From Escherichia coli (GTDB lineage Bacteria > Pseudomonadota > Gammaproteobacteria > Enterobacterales > Enterobacteriaceae): 64,000 nt of DNA. The notes beneath the pieces were generated by a model. It was not told where the DNA came from, made no database searches, and saw nothing but the letters and a program-made list of their open reading frames with translations. Numbering within the stretch: position 1 is the stretch's first letter; each line of letters begins with the position of its first letter. The stretch lies in the NCBI RefSeq assembly GCF_003334355.1, contig NZ_QOWP01000012.1, one strand, 5' to 3'. Shown here piece by piece: positions 40,343-53,503 of the stretch. Both the position numbers and the translations under genes were made by a program.

Positions 40343-41449
40343 ATGTTTCATCGCTTATGGACGTTAATCCGCAAAGAGTTGCAGTCGTTGCTGCGCGAAC
40401 CGCAAACCCGCGCGATTCTGATTTTACCCGTGCTAATTCAGGTGATCCTGTTCCCGTTCGCCGCCACGCTGGAAGTGACTAACGCCACCATCGCCATCTA
40501 CGATGAAGATAACGGCGAGCATTCGGTGGAGCTGACCCAACGTTTTGCCCGCGCCAGCGCCTTTACTCATGTGCTGCTGCTGAAAAGCCCACAGGAGATC
40601 CGCCCAACCATCGACACACAAAAGGCGTTACTACTGGTGCGTTTCCCGGCTGACTTCTCGCGCAAACTGGATACCTTCCAGACCGCGCCTTTGCAGTTGA
40701 TCCTCGACGGGCGTAACTCCAACAGTGCGCAAATTGCCGCCAACTACCTGCAACAGATCGTCAAAAATTATCAGCAGGAGCTGCTGGAAGGAAAACCGAA
40801 ACCTAACAACAGCGAGCTGGTGGTACGCAACTGGTATAACCCGAATCTCGACTACAAATGGTTTGTGGTGCCGTCACTGATCGCCATGATCACCACTATC
40901 GGCGTAATGATCGTCACTTCACTTTCCGTCGCCCGCGAACGTGAACAAGGTACGCTCGATCAGCTACTGGTTTCGCCGCTCACCACCTGGCAGATCTTCA
41001 TCGGCAAAGCCGTACCGGCGTTAATTGTCGCCACCTTCCAGGCCACCATTGTGCTGGCGATTGGTATCTGGGCGTATCAAATCCCCTTCGCCGGATCGCT
41101 GGCGCTGTTCTACTTTACGATGGTGATTTATGGTTTATCGCTGGTGGGATTCGGTCTGTTGATTTCATCACTCTGTTCAACACAACAGCAGGCGTTTATC
41201 GGCGTGTTTGTCTTTATGATGCCCGCCATTCTCCTTTCCGGTTACGTTTCTCCGGTGGAAAACATGCCGGTATGGCTGCAAAACCTGACGTGGATTAACC
41301 CTATTCGCCACTTTACGGACATTACCAAGCAGATTTATTTGAAGGATGCGAGTCTGGATATTGTGTGGAATAGTTTGTGGCCGCTACTGGTGATAACGGC
41401 CACGACAGGGTCAGCGGCGTACGCGATGTTTAGACGTAAGGTGATGTAA
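40343..41449 (+). CDS. ybhR: ABC-2 type transporter permease
   Basis: 368 aa hydrophobic ORF, paralogous to ybhS. Confidence 0.85.
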
Positions 41450-41821
41450 CTTCTTATCTTTCGCCAGCAAAGACACTACCGCCGGGCCGGCAAGGATTGC
41501 CAGCCCTGCAATTGCCAGCAAAAAGTTGTTTTCCAGAACGCGGGACAACAGCCACAGCACAATCAGCGCTGCGCCAAAATACCAGGTCGTGGTCAGCTCT
41601 TCCAGCACGTCTGCCACCTCACGCCAGCGTTGCTCGGGGTGGCGCTGAAACACCAGCATCATCACTACCGTGACACAATACAGTGCGCATAATCCCACGC
41701 CGACGTGAACCAGAGTCTTACTCATCCAGCCCACCACCAGCAGCGCCACTACCAGTAAATGCAACATAATCTGCCAGCAACTTAGACCCGTTGCGACACG
41801 AACACGTTGTTGCCACTTCAT
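41411..41821 (-). CDS. ybhQ: Inner membrane protein YbhQ
   Basis: 136 aa hydrophobic ORF; its 3' end overlaps the ybhR 3' end by 39 bp (convergent). Confidence 0.8.
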
Positions 41822-41953
41822 GGCTTCTCTCCTGAAGAATTTATCTCTACTTACTCAGAGTACCGAACTTTACGGAAAATTCCGTAAGACCGCACCTTTT
41901 TGTGACGCCGACTACACTATTTCAATGAGATAAGAGGCAAAGACAGGAAAATT

Positions 41954-42715
41954 ATGCCCGATCAAACACAACAATTTTCGTTCAAGGTGCTCACCATCAA
42001 TATTCACAAAGGCTTTACCGCGTTTAACCGACGCTTCATTTTGCCGGAACTTCGCGACGCCGTGCGTACCGTCAGCGCCGATATTGTTTGCCTGCAGGAA
42101 GTGATGGGCGCGCACGAAGTTCATCCGCTGCATGTGGAAAACTGGCCCGATACCTCGCACTACGAGTTTCTCGCCGACACTATGTGGAGCGATTTTGCCT
42201 ACGGTCGCAATGCCGTATACCCGGAAGGGCATCACGGCAACGCCGTACTGTCGCGTTATCCCATTGAACATTATGAGAATCGCGATGTTTCGGTCGATGG
42301 TGCGGAAAAGCGCGGCGTGCTCTACTGCCGCATTGTGCCGCCGATGACCGGAAAAGCGATTCATGTGATGTGCGTACATCTGGGCCTGCGTGAGGCGCAC
42401 CGTCAGGCGCAGCTTGCGATGCTCGCCGAATGGGTGAATGAGCTACCGGACGGCGAACCGGTATTGGTGGCGGGTGATTTCAATGACTGGCGGCAAAAAG
42501 CTAATCATCCGTTAAAAGTGCAGGCCGGACTGGATGAGATATTTACCCGCGCCCACGGACGCCCGGCGCGCACGTTTCCGGTGCAATTTCCTCTACTACG
42601 TCTGGACAGGATCTACGTCAAAAATGCCAGCGCCAGCGCGCCAACCGCGTTGCCGCTGCAGACATGGCGACACCTTTCTGATCATGCCCCTTTAAGTGCG
42701 GAGATTCATTTATGA
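41954..42715 (+). CDS. ybhP: Endonuclease/exonuclease/phosphatase (EEP) family protein
   Basis: 253 aa ORF recognised as YbhP; stop overlaps the clsB start. Confidence 0.85.
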   Translation: MPDQTQQFSFKVLTINIHKGFTAFNRRFILPELRDAVRTVSADIVCLQEVMGAHEVHPLHVENWPDTSHYEFLADTMWSDFAYGRNAVYPEGHHGNAVLSRYPIEHYENRDVSVDGAEKRGVLYCRIVPPMTGKAIHVMCVHLGLREAHRQAQLAMLAEWVNELPDGEPVLVAGDFNDWRQKANHPLKVQAGLDEIFTRAHGRPARTFPVQFPLLRLDRIYVKNASASAPTALPLQTWRHLSDHAPLSAEIHL

Positions 42716-43953
42716 AATGTAGCTGGCGTGAAGGCAATAAGATCGAGTTGCTGGAAAACGGCGAGCAATATTATCCCGCGGTGTTTAAGGCGATTGGCGA
42801 GGCACAAGAACGCATCATTCTTGAAACGTTTATCTGGTTTGAGGATGACGTCGGCAAACAGCTGCATGCGGCACTACTGGCAGCAGCGCAACGCGGGGTT
42901 AAAGCGGAAGTCTTGCTGGATGGCTACGGTTCGCCGGATCTCAGCGATGAGTTTGTCAATGAACTGACGGCAGCTGGCGTGGTATTTCGCTACTACGATC
43001 CCCGCCCTCGCCTTTTTGGTATGCGCACCAATGTGTTTCGCCGGATGCATCGCAAAATTGTGGTGATCGACGCGCGTATCGCCTTTATTGGCGGGCTGAA
43101 TTACTCCGCCGAGCATATGTCCAGCTACGGTCCAGAGGCTAAACAGGATTACGCGGTACGCCTTGAAGGGCCGATTGTCGAAGATATTCTCCAGTTTGAG
43201 CTGGAAAACCTGCCTGGACAGAGCGCGGCACGACGCTGGTGGCGACGTCATCACAAAGCGGAAGAAAATCGCCAGCCGGGAGAAGCGCAGGTATTGCTGG
43301 TCTGGCGCGATAACGAAGAACACCGCGATGATATAGAACGCCACTATCTGAAAATGCTCACTCAGGCGCGGCGGGAAGTCATTATCGCCAACGCCTACTT
43401 CTTCCCCGGCTATCGATTTTTACACGCCTTGCGTAAAGCGGCACGCCGCGGGGTGCGGATCAAACTGATCATTCAGGGCGAACCGGATATGCCGATTGTC
43501 AGAGTCGGCGCGCGCTTGCTGTATAACTATCTGGTTAAAGGCGGCGTTCAGGTGTTTGAGTACCGCCGCCGCCCGCTCCACGGCAAAGTAGCATTGATGG
43601 ACGATCACTGGGCGACAGTAGGGTCCAGTAATCTCGATCCGCTCAGTTTGTCACTGAATCTCGAAGCAAATGTCATCATCCACGATCGTAATTTTAACCA
43701 GACGCTGCGCGATAATCTGAACGGCATTATCGCCGCAGATTGTCAGCAGGTGGATGAAACCATGCTGCCCAAACGCACCTGGTGGAACCTGACCAAAAGC
43801 GTGCTGGCGTTCCACTTTTTACGCCACTTCCCGGCGCTGGTTGGCTGGCTTCCGGCACACACGCCACGTCTGGCGCAGGTTGATCCGCCCGCACAACCGA
43901 CAATGGAAACGCAGGATCGGGTAGAAACTGAAAACACGGGGGTAAAACCCTGA
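42712..43953 (+). CDS. clsB: Cardiolipin synthase B (phospholipase D superfamily)
   Basis: 413 aa ORF with two HKD-type motifs ([17 protein letters not shown]). Confidence 0.9.
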   Translation: MKCSWREGNKIELLENGEQYYPAVFKAIGEAQERIILETFIWFEDDVGKQLHAALLAAAQRGVKAEVLLDGYGSPDLSDEFVNELTAAGVVFRYYDPRPRLFGMRTNVFRRMHRKIVVIDARIAFIGGLNYSAEHMSSYGPEAKQDYAVRLEGPIVEDILQFELENLPGQSAARRWWRRHHKAEENRQPGEAQVLLVWRDNEEHRDDIERHYLKMLTQARREVIIANAYFFPGYRFLHALRKAARRGVRIKLIIQGEPDMPIVRVGARLLYNYLVKGGVQVFEYRRRPLHGKVALMDDHWATVGSSNLDPLSLSLNLEANVIIHDRNFNQTLRDNLNGIIAADCQQVDETMLPKRTWWNLTKSVLAFHFLRHFPALVGWLPAHTPRLAQVDPPAQPTMETQDRVETENTGVKP

Positions 43954-44909
43954 TGAGTAAATCACACCCGCGCTGGCGCTTAGCAAAGAAGATCCTCACC
44001 TGGCTGTTTTTTATCGCGGTGATTGTGTTGCTGGTGGTCTACGCCAAAAAAGTGGACTGGGAAGAGGTCTGGAAGGTCATCCGCGACTACAATCGCGTTG
44101 CGCTGCTTAGTGCGGTCGGGCTGGTGGTCGTCAGCTATCTGATTTACGGCTGCTATGACCTGCTCGCCCGCTTTTACTGCGGTCACAAACTGGCGAAGCG
44201 CCAGGTGATGCTGGTGTCGTTTATCTGCTACGCCTTCAACCTGACGCTCAGTACCTGGGTCGGCGGCATTGGTATGCGCTATCGTTTGTACTCTCGTCTG
44301 GGGTTGCCCGGTAGCACTATTACGCGGATTTTCTCGCTCAGTATTACCACCAACTGGCTGGGCTACATTTTACTGGCAGGGATTATCTTTACCGCAGGCG
44401 TGGTGGAGTTGCCGGATCACTGGTATGTCGATCAAACTACGCTGCGTATTCTCGGCATTGGCTTACTGATGATTATCGCGGTTTATTTGTGGTTTTGCGC
44501 TTTCGCGAAGCACCGCCATATGACCATCAAAGGGCAAAAGCTGGTGCTGCCTTCATGGAAATTCGCCCTCGCTCAGATGCTGATTTCCAGCGTTAACTGG
44601 ATGGTAATGGGGGCGATTATCTGGCTGTTACTTGGTCAAAGCGTGAACTATTTCTTTGTACTGGGCGTGTTACTGGTTAGTAGTATTGCTGGCGTCATCG
44701 TGCATATTCCGGCGGGGATCGGTGTGCTGGAAGCGGTGTTTATCGCACTACTGGCTGGGGAGCATACCTCCAAAGGTACAATTATCGCCGCCCTACTCGC
44801 TTACCGTGTGCTGTATTACTTTATCCCACTGCTGCTGGCGCTGATCTGTTACCTGTTGCTGGAAAGCCAGGCGAAGAAGCTACGGGCGAAAAATGAAGCG
44901 GCGATGTGA
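43953..44909 (+). CDS. ybhN: Inner membrane protein YbhN
   Basis: 318 aa polytopic membrane ORF; start overlaps the clsB stop. Confidence 0.85.
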   Translation: MSKSHPRWRLAKKILTWLFFIAVIVLLVVYAKKVDWEEVWKVIRDYNRVALLSAVGLVVVSYLIYGCYDLLARFYCGHKLAKRQVMLVSFICYAFNLTLSTWVGGIGMRYRLYSRLGLPGSTITRIFSLSITTNWLGYILLAGIIFTAGVVELPDHWYVDQTTLRILGIGLLMIIAVYLWFCAFAKHRHMTIKGQKLVLPSWKFALAQMLISSVNWMVMGAIIWLLLGQSVNYFFVLGVLLVSSIAGVIVHIPAGIGVLEAVFIALLAGEHTSKGTIIAALLAYRVLYYFIPLLLALICYLLLESQAKKLRAKNEAAM

Positions 44910-44944
44910 AGTTTAGTTAAGTTCTTTAGTATGTGCATTTACGG

Positions 44945-45658
44945 CTAATGAAAAAAACGCGTATGCCTTTGCCAGACAAGCGTTATAGCTATCGCGGCAA
45001 GTATCCCAAAGAAGCCGATAAAATAGTAATAGAGTGTTAATGCACCTGTAAAAGCGCAACGAACCGGACTCCACAACTCTTCACTATGGCATTTCCCCGC
45101 CAATTCAAGGAGCTTATTTCGTCCATGCGAGATAATGCCTGACCATAACACAATCATTAAGCAACTTATTACCCAAATGGGCCGTTCACTCATTAATGCC
45201 GCATTCACGATGATTACCAGGGCCAACCCTGTCAACGTCATCATAATGATAAAACGGTGAGAACCAGGATCAACATTAAATAATAAACCGGCCAGCATAC
45301 TGATTAAAAACATCGCGCCCGCAGTGCTGAACACGATGATAATGGCATATACAGGAACTAAACTTGCAACGACAATCGCCACCAAAGAGAGTAAAAACAG
45401 ATATATTACGCCCGCGATGGCGGCATTTATCTTGTTGATATCCTTACTTAAGCCATACATACAAAGTAATAATAACCCTATGGCGACATACATTGGTGGT
45501 GAATCATATTTGGTTGCCGTAATTTCGAGATACTTAGCTCCCCAGGCTAGTCCTGCGGTTGCCACCAAACCTAAAGCGGTAATGAGCCATATACCGTTTA
45601 ATATCCTGGCCTCGTGCTGAAAATCTAATTTATTGCTGTTTTGCGAGTATGATTCCAT
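44945..45658 (-). CDS. ybhM: BAX inhibitor-1 family membrane protein
   Basis: 237 aa 7-TM-type ORF recognised as YbhM. Confidence 0.8.
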   Translation of the reverse strand: MESYSQNSNKLDFQHEARILNGIWLITALGLVATAGLAWGAKYLEITATKYDSPPMYVAIGLLLLCMYGLSKDINKINAAIAGVIYLFLLSLVAIVVASLVPVYAIIIVFSTAGAMFLISMLAGLLFNVDPGSHRFIIMMTLTGLALVIIVNAALMSERPIWVISCLMIVLWSGIISHGRNKLLELAGKCHSEELWSPVRCAFTGALTLYYYFIGFFGILAAIAITLVWQRHTRFFH

Positions 45659-45862
45659 TCTTTTAGTTATCCTTAGAAAAAATATTAATATTCACCATCA
45701 ATAAATTTAAAACCACGCATACAAAATACTTTTGCATTTATGGATACAGAAAACGCTTCCGCTCGTCCATAAGGCATATTTTATACCTGGTACTTGTTAA
45801 GTGTCGTTTTTAGTAAGAAAAAAATCCCGACACATGGCCGGGATAGTGATGGTGAAAAAGAA

Positions 45863-46567
45863 TTAACGGCGGTTGCCGAAGATCCGCAACAACATCAGGA
45901 ACAGGTTGATGAAGTCCAGATACAAGGTTAACGCGCCAAGAATGGAATATTTGCGCAGGTTCGACGTGTCGCGGGTATCAATCTGCTCACCCATATTTTT
46001 CAGTTTCTGCGTGTCATACGCCGTCAATCCGACAAAGACAATCACGCCGATGTAGGTAACTGCCCACATCAATGCTTCGCTTTTCAACCAGAAGTTGACC
46101 AGCGATGCCAGCACAATGCCGATTAACGCCATAAACAGCATATTGCCAAAGCCACTTAAATCGCGCTTCGTGGTGTAACCGTACAGGCTCATTGCGCCGA
46201 ACATCCCGGCAGTAACGACGAAAGTACTGGCGATAGAAGCAGCGGTATAGACAATGAATATACTGGAAAGCGTAAGACCCGTCAGCGCCGAATAAAGCAT
46301 AAAGAGCATCGTCGTTACACCTGCGCTCAGCTTTTGAATCATCGCTGATAACACAATAACCAATGCTAATTGCGCGATGATCAGACCGATTAAAAAGACA
46401 CGGTTAGTGAACAACAGCTCCATCACGGCCGCGGAATTAGCCGCATACCAGGCAACAAATGCGGTCAGCAACAAGCCAACGGTCATCCAGCCATAGACTT
46501 GAGCCATATAAGTTTGCAAGCCAGCCCGGGGTTGTACGATTGAATCAGAACGTGGGAATCTGTCCAT
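45863..46567 (-). CDS. ybhL: BAX inhibitor-1 / YccA-like membrane protein
   Basis: 234 aa ORF with Arg/Lys-rich C-terminus typical of the family. Confidence 0.85.
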   Translation of the reverse strand: MDRFPRSDSIVQPRAGLQTYMAQVYGWMTVGLLLTAFVAWYAANSAAVMELLFTNRVFLIGLIIAQLALVIVLSAMIQKLSAGVTTMLFMLYSALTGLTLSSIFIVYTAASIASTFVVTAGMFGAMSLYGYTTKRDLSGFGNMLFMALIGIVLASLVNFWLKSEALMWAVTYIGVIVFVGLTAYDTQKLKNMGEQIDTRDTSNLRKYSILGALTLYLDFINLFLMLLRIFGNRR

Positions 46568-46627
46568 GACGATCTCCTGAAGATATAAGGAATATCTTAA
46601 GGATACTGCAAAATGATGAGGCTGTGC

Positions 46628-46700
46628 ATCGACGCAGCGTAAACGTATGTACTGAGCGGTGAAATTGCCGGACGCAGCGGTGCCTTATCCGGCTAACAAA
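46628..46700. repeat. REP element
   Basis: GCCGGACGCAGCGGTGCCTTATCCGGCTAAC unit between ybhL and moaE. Confidence 0.6.
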
Positions 46701-46703
46701 AAA

Positions 46704-47156
46704 CTACCAGCGTTTTGCCGCCTGCTGATCGCTCTCCCGAGCTTCAACCCAGCGGTCGCCTTCCGGCGTGGCTTCGCGCTTCCAGAACGGTGCGCGGGTT
46801 TTGAGATAATCCATAATAAACTGCCCGGCTTCAAACGCACTGCTGCGATGCGCACTGGTGACACCGACAAAAACGATTTCATCGCCCGGCCATAATTCCC
46901 CGATGCGGTGAATCACAGTGACGCGCCCCAGCGGCCAGCGGTTACGCGCTTCATCAACAATTTCTGCCAGTGCTTTTTCAGTCATCCCCGGATAGTGTTC
47001 GAGGGTTAATGCGTTGACGCTGTCGCCCAGGTTATGGTTGCGCACCTTACCAGTAAAGGTGACTACCGCACCGTCTTCGTCACGCTCCGCCAGCCACGGG
47101 TACTCTTCTCCTACGCTGAACGGCTGCGGACCAACAACAATTTTGGTTTCTGCCAT
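46704..47156 (-). CDS. moaE: Molybdopterin synthase catalytic subunit
   Basis: 150 aa ORF; last gene of the moaABCDE operon. Confidence 0.9.
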   Translation of the reverse strand: MAETKIVVGPQPFSVGEEYPWLAERDEDGAVVTFTGKVRNHNLGDSVNALTLEHYPGMTEKALAEIVDEARNRWPLGRVTVIHRIGELWPGDEIVFVGVTSAHRSSAFEAGQFIMDYLKTRAPFWKREATPEGDRWVEARESDQQAAKRW

Positions 47157-47157
47157 C

Positions 47158-47403
47158 TTAACCTCCGGTTACCGGCGGGAAGAAAGCTACTTCGTCGCCG
47201 TCAGTCAGCGGATGGTCAAAACTCACCAGCGTCTGGTTGACGGCAGCCAGTAATTTGCCATCTTCCAGCGCCAGCGCCCAGCGATCGCTCTGCGCAGCCA
47301 TGTGCTGGCGTAACGCTTCAACAGTTGGGAAATCCGCAGCCACTTCGGTTGCATCTGTTCCCACCAACTCGCGCACCTGGGCGAAAAAAAGAACTTTAAT
47401 CAT
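47158..47403 (-). CDS. moaD: Molybdopterin synthase sulfur-carrier subunit
   Basis: Translation from [10 protein letters not shown] gives 81 aa ending in the characteristic C-terminal GG; the ORF-track extension is rejected. Confidence 0.9.
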
Positions 47404-47881
47404 CCGCTTCCACCTTAAAGTCACCCGACTTGCCGCCGCTCTTCGCCAGCAAACGTACCGGACCAATCACCATATCTTTTTGCACCGCTTTGCACATGTC
47501 ATAAATGGTCAGCGCCGCCACGGAGGCCGCGGTTAATGCTTCCATTTCGACACCGGTTTTCCCGGTCAGGCGGCATAAGGTTTCTATACGCACCCGATTG
47601 TGCTCCGGCTCGGCCTGTAAATTGACTTCAACTTTGCTGAGCATCAGCGGATGACAGAGCGGGATCAGATCCCAGGTGCGTTTTGCCGCCTGAATACCGG
47701 CAATACGCGCAGTGGCAAATACGTCGCCTTTGTGGTGGCGACCATCAATAATCATCGCCAGCGTCTCGCTGCGCATGGTGACAAAGGCTTCCGCCCGCGC
47801 TTCACGCACGGTTTCCGCTTTGGCGGAGACATCCACCATGTGCGCTTCGCCAGCGGCGTTGATATGGGTCAGTTGCGACAT
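47396..47881 (-). CDS. moaC: Cyclic pyranopterin monophosphate synthase MoaC
   Basis: 161 aa ORF; overlaps the moaD start by 8 bp. Confidence 0.9.
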
Positions 47882-47883
47882 AC

Positions 47884-48396
47884 TTATTTCTTCAAATGTG
47901 GATGGAAATTACACGGACGCGTACGGGCATCCAGCTGCGGCGCGATGATATTTTCCCATGCGGTACGGCACGCTTTGGTCGAACCCGGCATGGCGAAAAT
48001 CAGCGTTTTGTTGGCGACGCCCGCTACCGCACGAGATTGCAACGTGGAAGTGCCAATCTCTTCAAACGACAACATCCGGAACACTTCACCAAAACCTTCA
48101 ACTTCACGGTCGAACAACGGCAGCAATGCTTCGGGAGCCTGATCACCTTCCGTCAGGCCAGTACCACCCGTAATCAATACCACTTGTACATCGTCGCTGG
48201 CGATCCACGCAGATACCTGAGCGCGAATAGCGTAGCGGTTTTCTTTCACAATGGCTTTATCGACAACGTGATGGCCCGCTTCTTGCGCCGAATCGCGCAG
48301 ATAGTGACCGGAGGTATCGTCTTCTTCACCGCGACGATTAGAAACCGTAAGAATAGCAATACGGGTCGGGATAAATTCAGTGCTTACCTGACTCAT
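47884..48396 (-). CDS. moaB: MoaB (MogA-like molybdopterin-binding protein)
   Basis: 170 aa ORF with GGTG motif. Confidence 0.9.
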
Positions 48397-48417
48397 CTGA
48401 TCTCTCCTTTTGACGTT

Positions 48418-49407
48418 TTAGCCGCCAATGTACGATAAGTTTTGCGTAATACCGGTGTTGTTTTGATGCAGGAAATGGGTCTGTTTCTTCTCCCGCAGCG
48501 CCGCTGAAATACGCGCTTCCAGCGCCTGTTGCTGGGTATCGTCTTCCAGCAGATCGCGCAGGTTAACGCCGCCTTCACCAAACAGGCAGAGATGGAGTTT
48601 ACCAATAGAGGAAACGCGCAGGCGGTTGCAAGTGGCGCAGAAGTCTTTTTCATACGGCATGATAAGGCCAATCTCTCCGGCGTAATCTGGATGGCAAAAG
48701 ACTTGCGCGGGACCGTCGCTGCGTTGACGTAATTGGTGGATCCAGCCGCGACGCAGTAGCTCGTCACGCAGAACCTGACCAGAGATGTGATGCTTACGGA
48801 AGAGCTCGCTGCCCTCGCCCGTTTCCATCAGTTCGATGAAACGCAGCTGGATAGGGCGATGCTGGATCCAGTTCAGAAAGGTGTCGAGCTGGTGATGATT
48901 AACATCACGCATCAGCACGGTATTGACTTTGACCTTCTCAAAACCGGCCTCAAATGCAGCATCAATCCCTGCCATGACCTGGTTGAATTTATCCTGCCCG
49001 GTAATAGCGTGAAACTGGCGGGCGTCCAGACTGTCGACACTGACGTTAATGCCAGTAAGTCCCGCATCGCGCCAGTTCGCCACATCGCGTTCCAGACGGT
49101 AACCATTGGTTGTGACCGCAATCTGGCGGATAGCGTCGTTTTCCCGCACAGCGGCGATGATATCGGTAAAGTCGCGGCGTAAAGACGGCTCTCCTCCTGT
49201 CAGGCGCACTTTTTCGGTGCCCAGACTGGCGAAGGCGCGCGTAACCCGGCGAATTTCATCGACGGTAAGAAAGCCTTTATTGGTGACGCCGCTCGGTTTG
49301 TAGCCATCCGGCAGGCAGTAGGTGCAACGAAAGTTACACACATCGGTAATCGACAGGCGCAAGTAGTAAAACTTACGCGCAAATGCATCAGTCAGTTGTG
49401 AAGCCAT
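48418..49407 (-). CDS. moaA: GTP 3',8-cyclase MoaA (radical SAM)
   Basis: Translation from [31 protein letters not shown] gives 329 aa with CxxxCxxC; the ORF-track 27-aa extension lies in the leader and is rejected. Confidence 0.9.
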
Positions 49408-49560
49408 GTACACCTTTCCAGATACGGGAGGCGAAGTCATTTCTTCCTTCGCCCTGGTGGCAATCTTTACGAGCATTGTCACGGCCAAAGCACCGTATCA
49501 GTTGACCCAGGTGCAGAGGCTAGAGTGTTTAGTGGTTATGCCGATACTAGCGTGTAAATG
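49408..49560 (-). ncRNA. moaA 5' leader, candidate Moco riboswitch (cis-regulatory RNA)
   Basis: Structured, conserved-looking leader directly upstream of moaA; assigned from established knowledge that the E. coli moaA leader carries the Moco RNA motif. Boundaries are approximate. Confidence 0.5.
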
Positions 49561-49743
49561 AGATTTTTACCATCCACACTTTCGCTATGTAATCATGTAT
49601 ATAGCGTCATGATCGTGCTATTTCGCTACAGAATAAGGGAAAATGGCGGTTTTACTTTGATATACATCATCAGGGAGGCATAGCGTGCATCGTCCTTTAG
49701 AGGTAGAAGAAAATAGTTTGTATCCTCAATATTGGCAGGTTAA

Positions 49744-50712
<969 letters not shown>

Positions 50713-50744
50713 CGGAAATCCGAAGGAAAATTCCGGCTTCCTAT

Positions 50745-50875
50745 TGAAGACAAAGTGCGCGTTGTTTATGCCGGATGCGGCGTGAACGCCTTATCCGGCC
50801 TACAAACCGCGCAAATTCAATATATTGCGGAGAAAATGTAGGCCTGATAAGCGTAGCGCATCAGGCTGTTTTCCG
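50745..50875. repeat. REP/BIME repeat cluster
   Basis: GCCGGATGCGGCGTGAACGCCTTATCCGGCCTAC and TAGGCCTGATAAGCGTAGCGCATCAGGC units between ybhK and uvrB. Confidence 0.7.
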
Positions 50876-50903
50876 TTTGTCATCAGTCTTCTTCGCTATC
50901 CTG

Positions 50904-52925
50904 TTACGATGCCGCGATAAACAGCTCACGCAGCTGATGCAACTGGTCACGAATTTGCGCCGCTTCTTCGAACTCCAGATTCTGCGCGTGTTGCATCATC
51001 AACCCTTCCAGCTCATGGATTTTCTGCTGCAACGCTTTAGGCGACATATCCATCGGCACATTATCCGGCTCAACAATCGGGCGCGATTTTCCTCTGCCCT
51101 TCGCTTTGGTTTTGGCAATGTTCTGCCCCAGCGCCAGGATATCGACCACTTTCTTGTTCAAGCCTTGCGGCGTAATTCCGTGTTCCTCGTTGTACTTCTG
51201 CTGTTTCTCACGGCGACGTTCGGTTTCGCCAATCGCTTTCGCCATTGATGGGGTGATCTTATCGCCGTAGAGAATCGCTTTACCGTTAACGTTACGTGCC
51301 GCACGACCAATGGTCTGGATCAACGAACGTTCGGAACGCAGGAAGCCTTCTTTGTCAGCGTCGAGGATCGCCACCAGCGACACTTCCGGCATATCCAGAC
51401 CTTCGCGCAGTAAGTTGATCCCTACCAGCACGTCGAACTCACCCAGACGCAAGTCGCGGATAATCTCCATACGTTCGACGGTGTCGATATCTGAGTGAAG
51501 ATAACGCACGCGCTCGCCATGTTCTTCGAGATATTCGGTAAGATCTTCCGCCATCCGCTTGGTCAGTGTGGTGACCAGTACGCGTTCGTTAATTGCCGCT
51601 CGCTGACGAATCTCCGAAAGAAGATCATCAACCTGTGTCGCCACCGGCCGCACTTCGATAATCGGGTCAAGCAATCCGGTTGGACGCACCACCTGATCCA
51701 CCACATCGCCGCCGGATTTTTCCAGCTCGTAATTACCCGGCGTCGCCGAAACATAGATGGTTTGCGGCGCTAATGCTTCGAACTCTTCAAACTTAAGCGG
51801 ACGGTTATCCAGCGCTGATGGCAGGCGGAAGCCGTACTCCACCAGTGTCTCTTTACGCGCCCGGTCACCGCGATACATGCCGCCAATTTGTGGAATGGTG
51901 ACGTGAGATTCATCGACCACCAGCAGCCCATCAGCAGGGAGGTAATCAAACAGCGTCGGCGGTGGCTCACCCGGTCCACGACCGGAGAGGAAGCGCGAGT
52001 AGTTTTCAATCCCCGAACAGTAGCCCAGCTCGTTCATCATCTCCAGATCAAACTGGGTACGCTGGGTCAGCCGCTGCTCTTCCAGCAGTTTGTTGTTTTC
52101 CAACAGCACTTTGCGTCTGGCGGCCAGCTCTTCTTTGATCTCCTCCATCGCCTGTACGATGCGCTCGCGCGGTGTGACGTAGTGCGTTTTCGGGTAGATG
52201 GTAAAACGTGGAATAGTGGAAACAATCTGCCCGGTCAGCGGGTCAAATAACGACAATCGTTCCACTTCCTCGTCAAACAGTTCCACGCGAAGTGCAATGT
52301 CATCCGATTCTGCCGGGAAGATATCTATCACCTCGCCACGAACGCGGAAAGTACCACGCTGGAATGCTTGATCATTACGAGCGTATTGCAGCTCCGCCAG
52401 TCGGCGCAGAATCGCGCGCTGATCGATAATCATACCGACCGTGAGATGGAGCATCATCTTGAGATATAAATCAGGATCGCCCAGACCATAAATCGCGGAA
52501 ACAGACGCCACCACAACCACATCACGCCGCTCCAGCATCGCTTTGGTGGCGGATAAACGCATCTGCTCAATATGTTCGTTAACCGAGGCATCTTTCTCAA
52601 TGAAAGTGTCGGAACTCGGTACATAGGCTTCCGGCTGATAGTAGTCGTAGTAGGAGACGAAATACTCCACCGCGTTTTCCGGGAAGAACTCTTTCATTTC
52701 GCCATACAGCTGGGCCGCCAGCGTTTTGTTGGGCGCAAGTACCATGGTTGGGCGCTGAAGGTCAGCAATGACATTGGCAATGGTGAAGGTTTTCCCTGAG
52801 CCAGTCACGCCAAGTAACGTCTGGTGCGCCAGGCCATCTTCCAGCCCCTCTTCGAGACGTCGAATCGCCTCTGGCTGATCGCCAGAAGGTTTAAAAGCGG
52901 AATTCAGTTTGAACGGTTTACTCAT
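50904..52925 (-). CDS. uvrB: Excinuclease ABC subunit B
   Basis: 673 aa ORF with Walker A GVTGSGKT and helicase motifs. Confidence 0.9.
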
Positions 52926-52999
52926 GAGTCGCTACCTGAAGGAGTTGGGCGGGCAGGTATGTAATTTTACTCGTCGTACTTAATTATGCCAACAAATTA

Positions 53000-53019
53000 T
53001 ACTGGATAAAAAAACAGTT
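53000..53019 (-). promoter_or_regulatory. LexA (SOS) box of uvrB
   Basis: Minus-strand AACTGTTTTTTTATCCAGTA upstream of uvrB, a CTG-N10-CAG LexA-type site. Confidence 0.6.
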
Positions 53020-53321
53020 CATCACCATAATATTTCTGATACAGCGTAAACTCCGCTGTCAATCATGAGCAAAATTTACTCTGTGGCGAGATAAAACTCC
53101 GGCCTTACCGGGTTATCCCCAAAGCAACGGCTTTTTTAACATTTGTCAAGATGAGTGATGACAGTTTTATGGCAAGAGATGCCTGTTCAGTGACTGCCAT
53201 TGCATTTATCTAACCAGTTAAAAAATAAAAGATATTTCTTTGAGCCGTCTTTAACGCCAATTCGCGTGCAAGCCGCGTATTCTCTCGCTTGCCTCGTGTT
53301 TTCTAACTCTAATACACATGG

Positions 53322-53344
53322 TTATCCACAGGAATAGTGGATAA
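53322..53344. promoter_or_regulatory. Inverted pair of DnaA-box-like 9-mers in the distal uvrB upstream region
   Basis: TTATCCACA matches the DnaA box consensus TTATNCACA exactly; AGTGGATAA lies 5 bp away in inverted orientation. Confidence 0.45.
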
Positions 53345-53503
53345 CTGTCTCCAGCCCCTATCCCCCGCCGCCTGGGCAATTCCCACATTCGCCGCATGAG
53401 GCGGAAGTAAAATTTTTTTCGTGATTATTTTAGAATTTAATTGGTTAAATTGCAGTCAATCGAAGACGCGATCTCGCTCGCAATTTAACCAAATACAGAA
53501 TGG

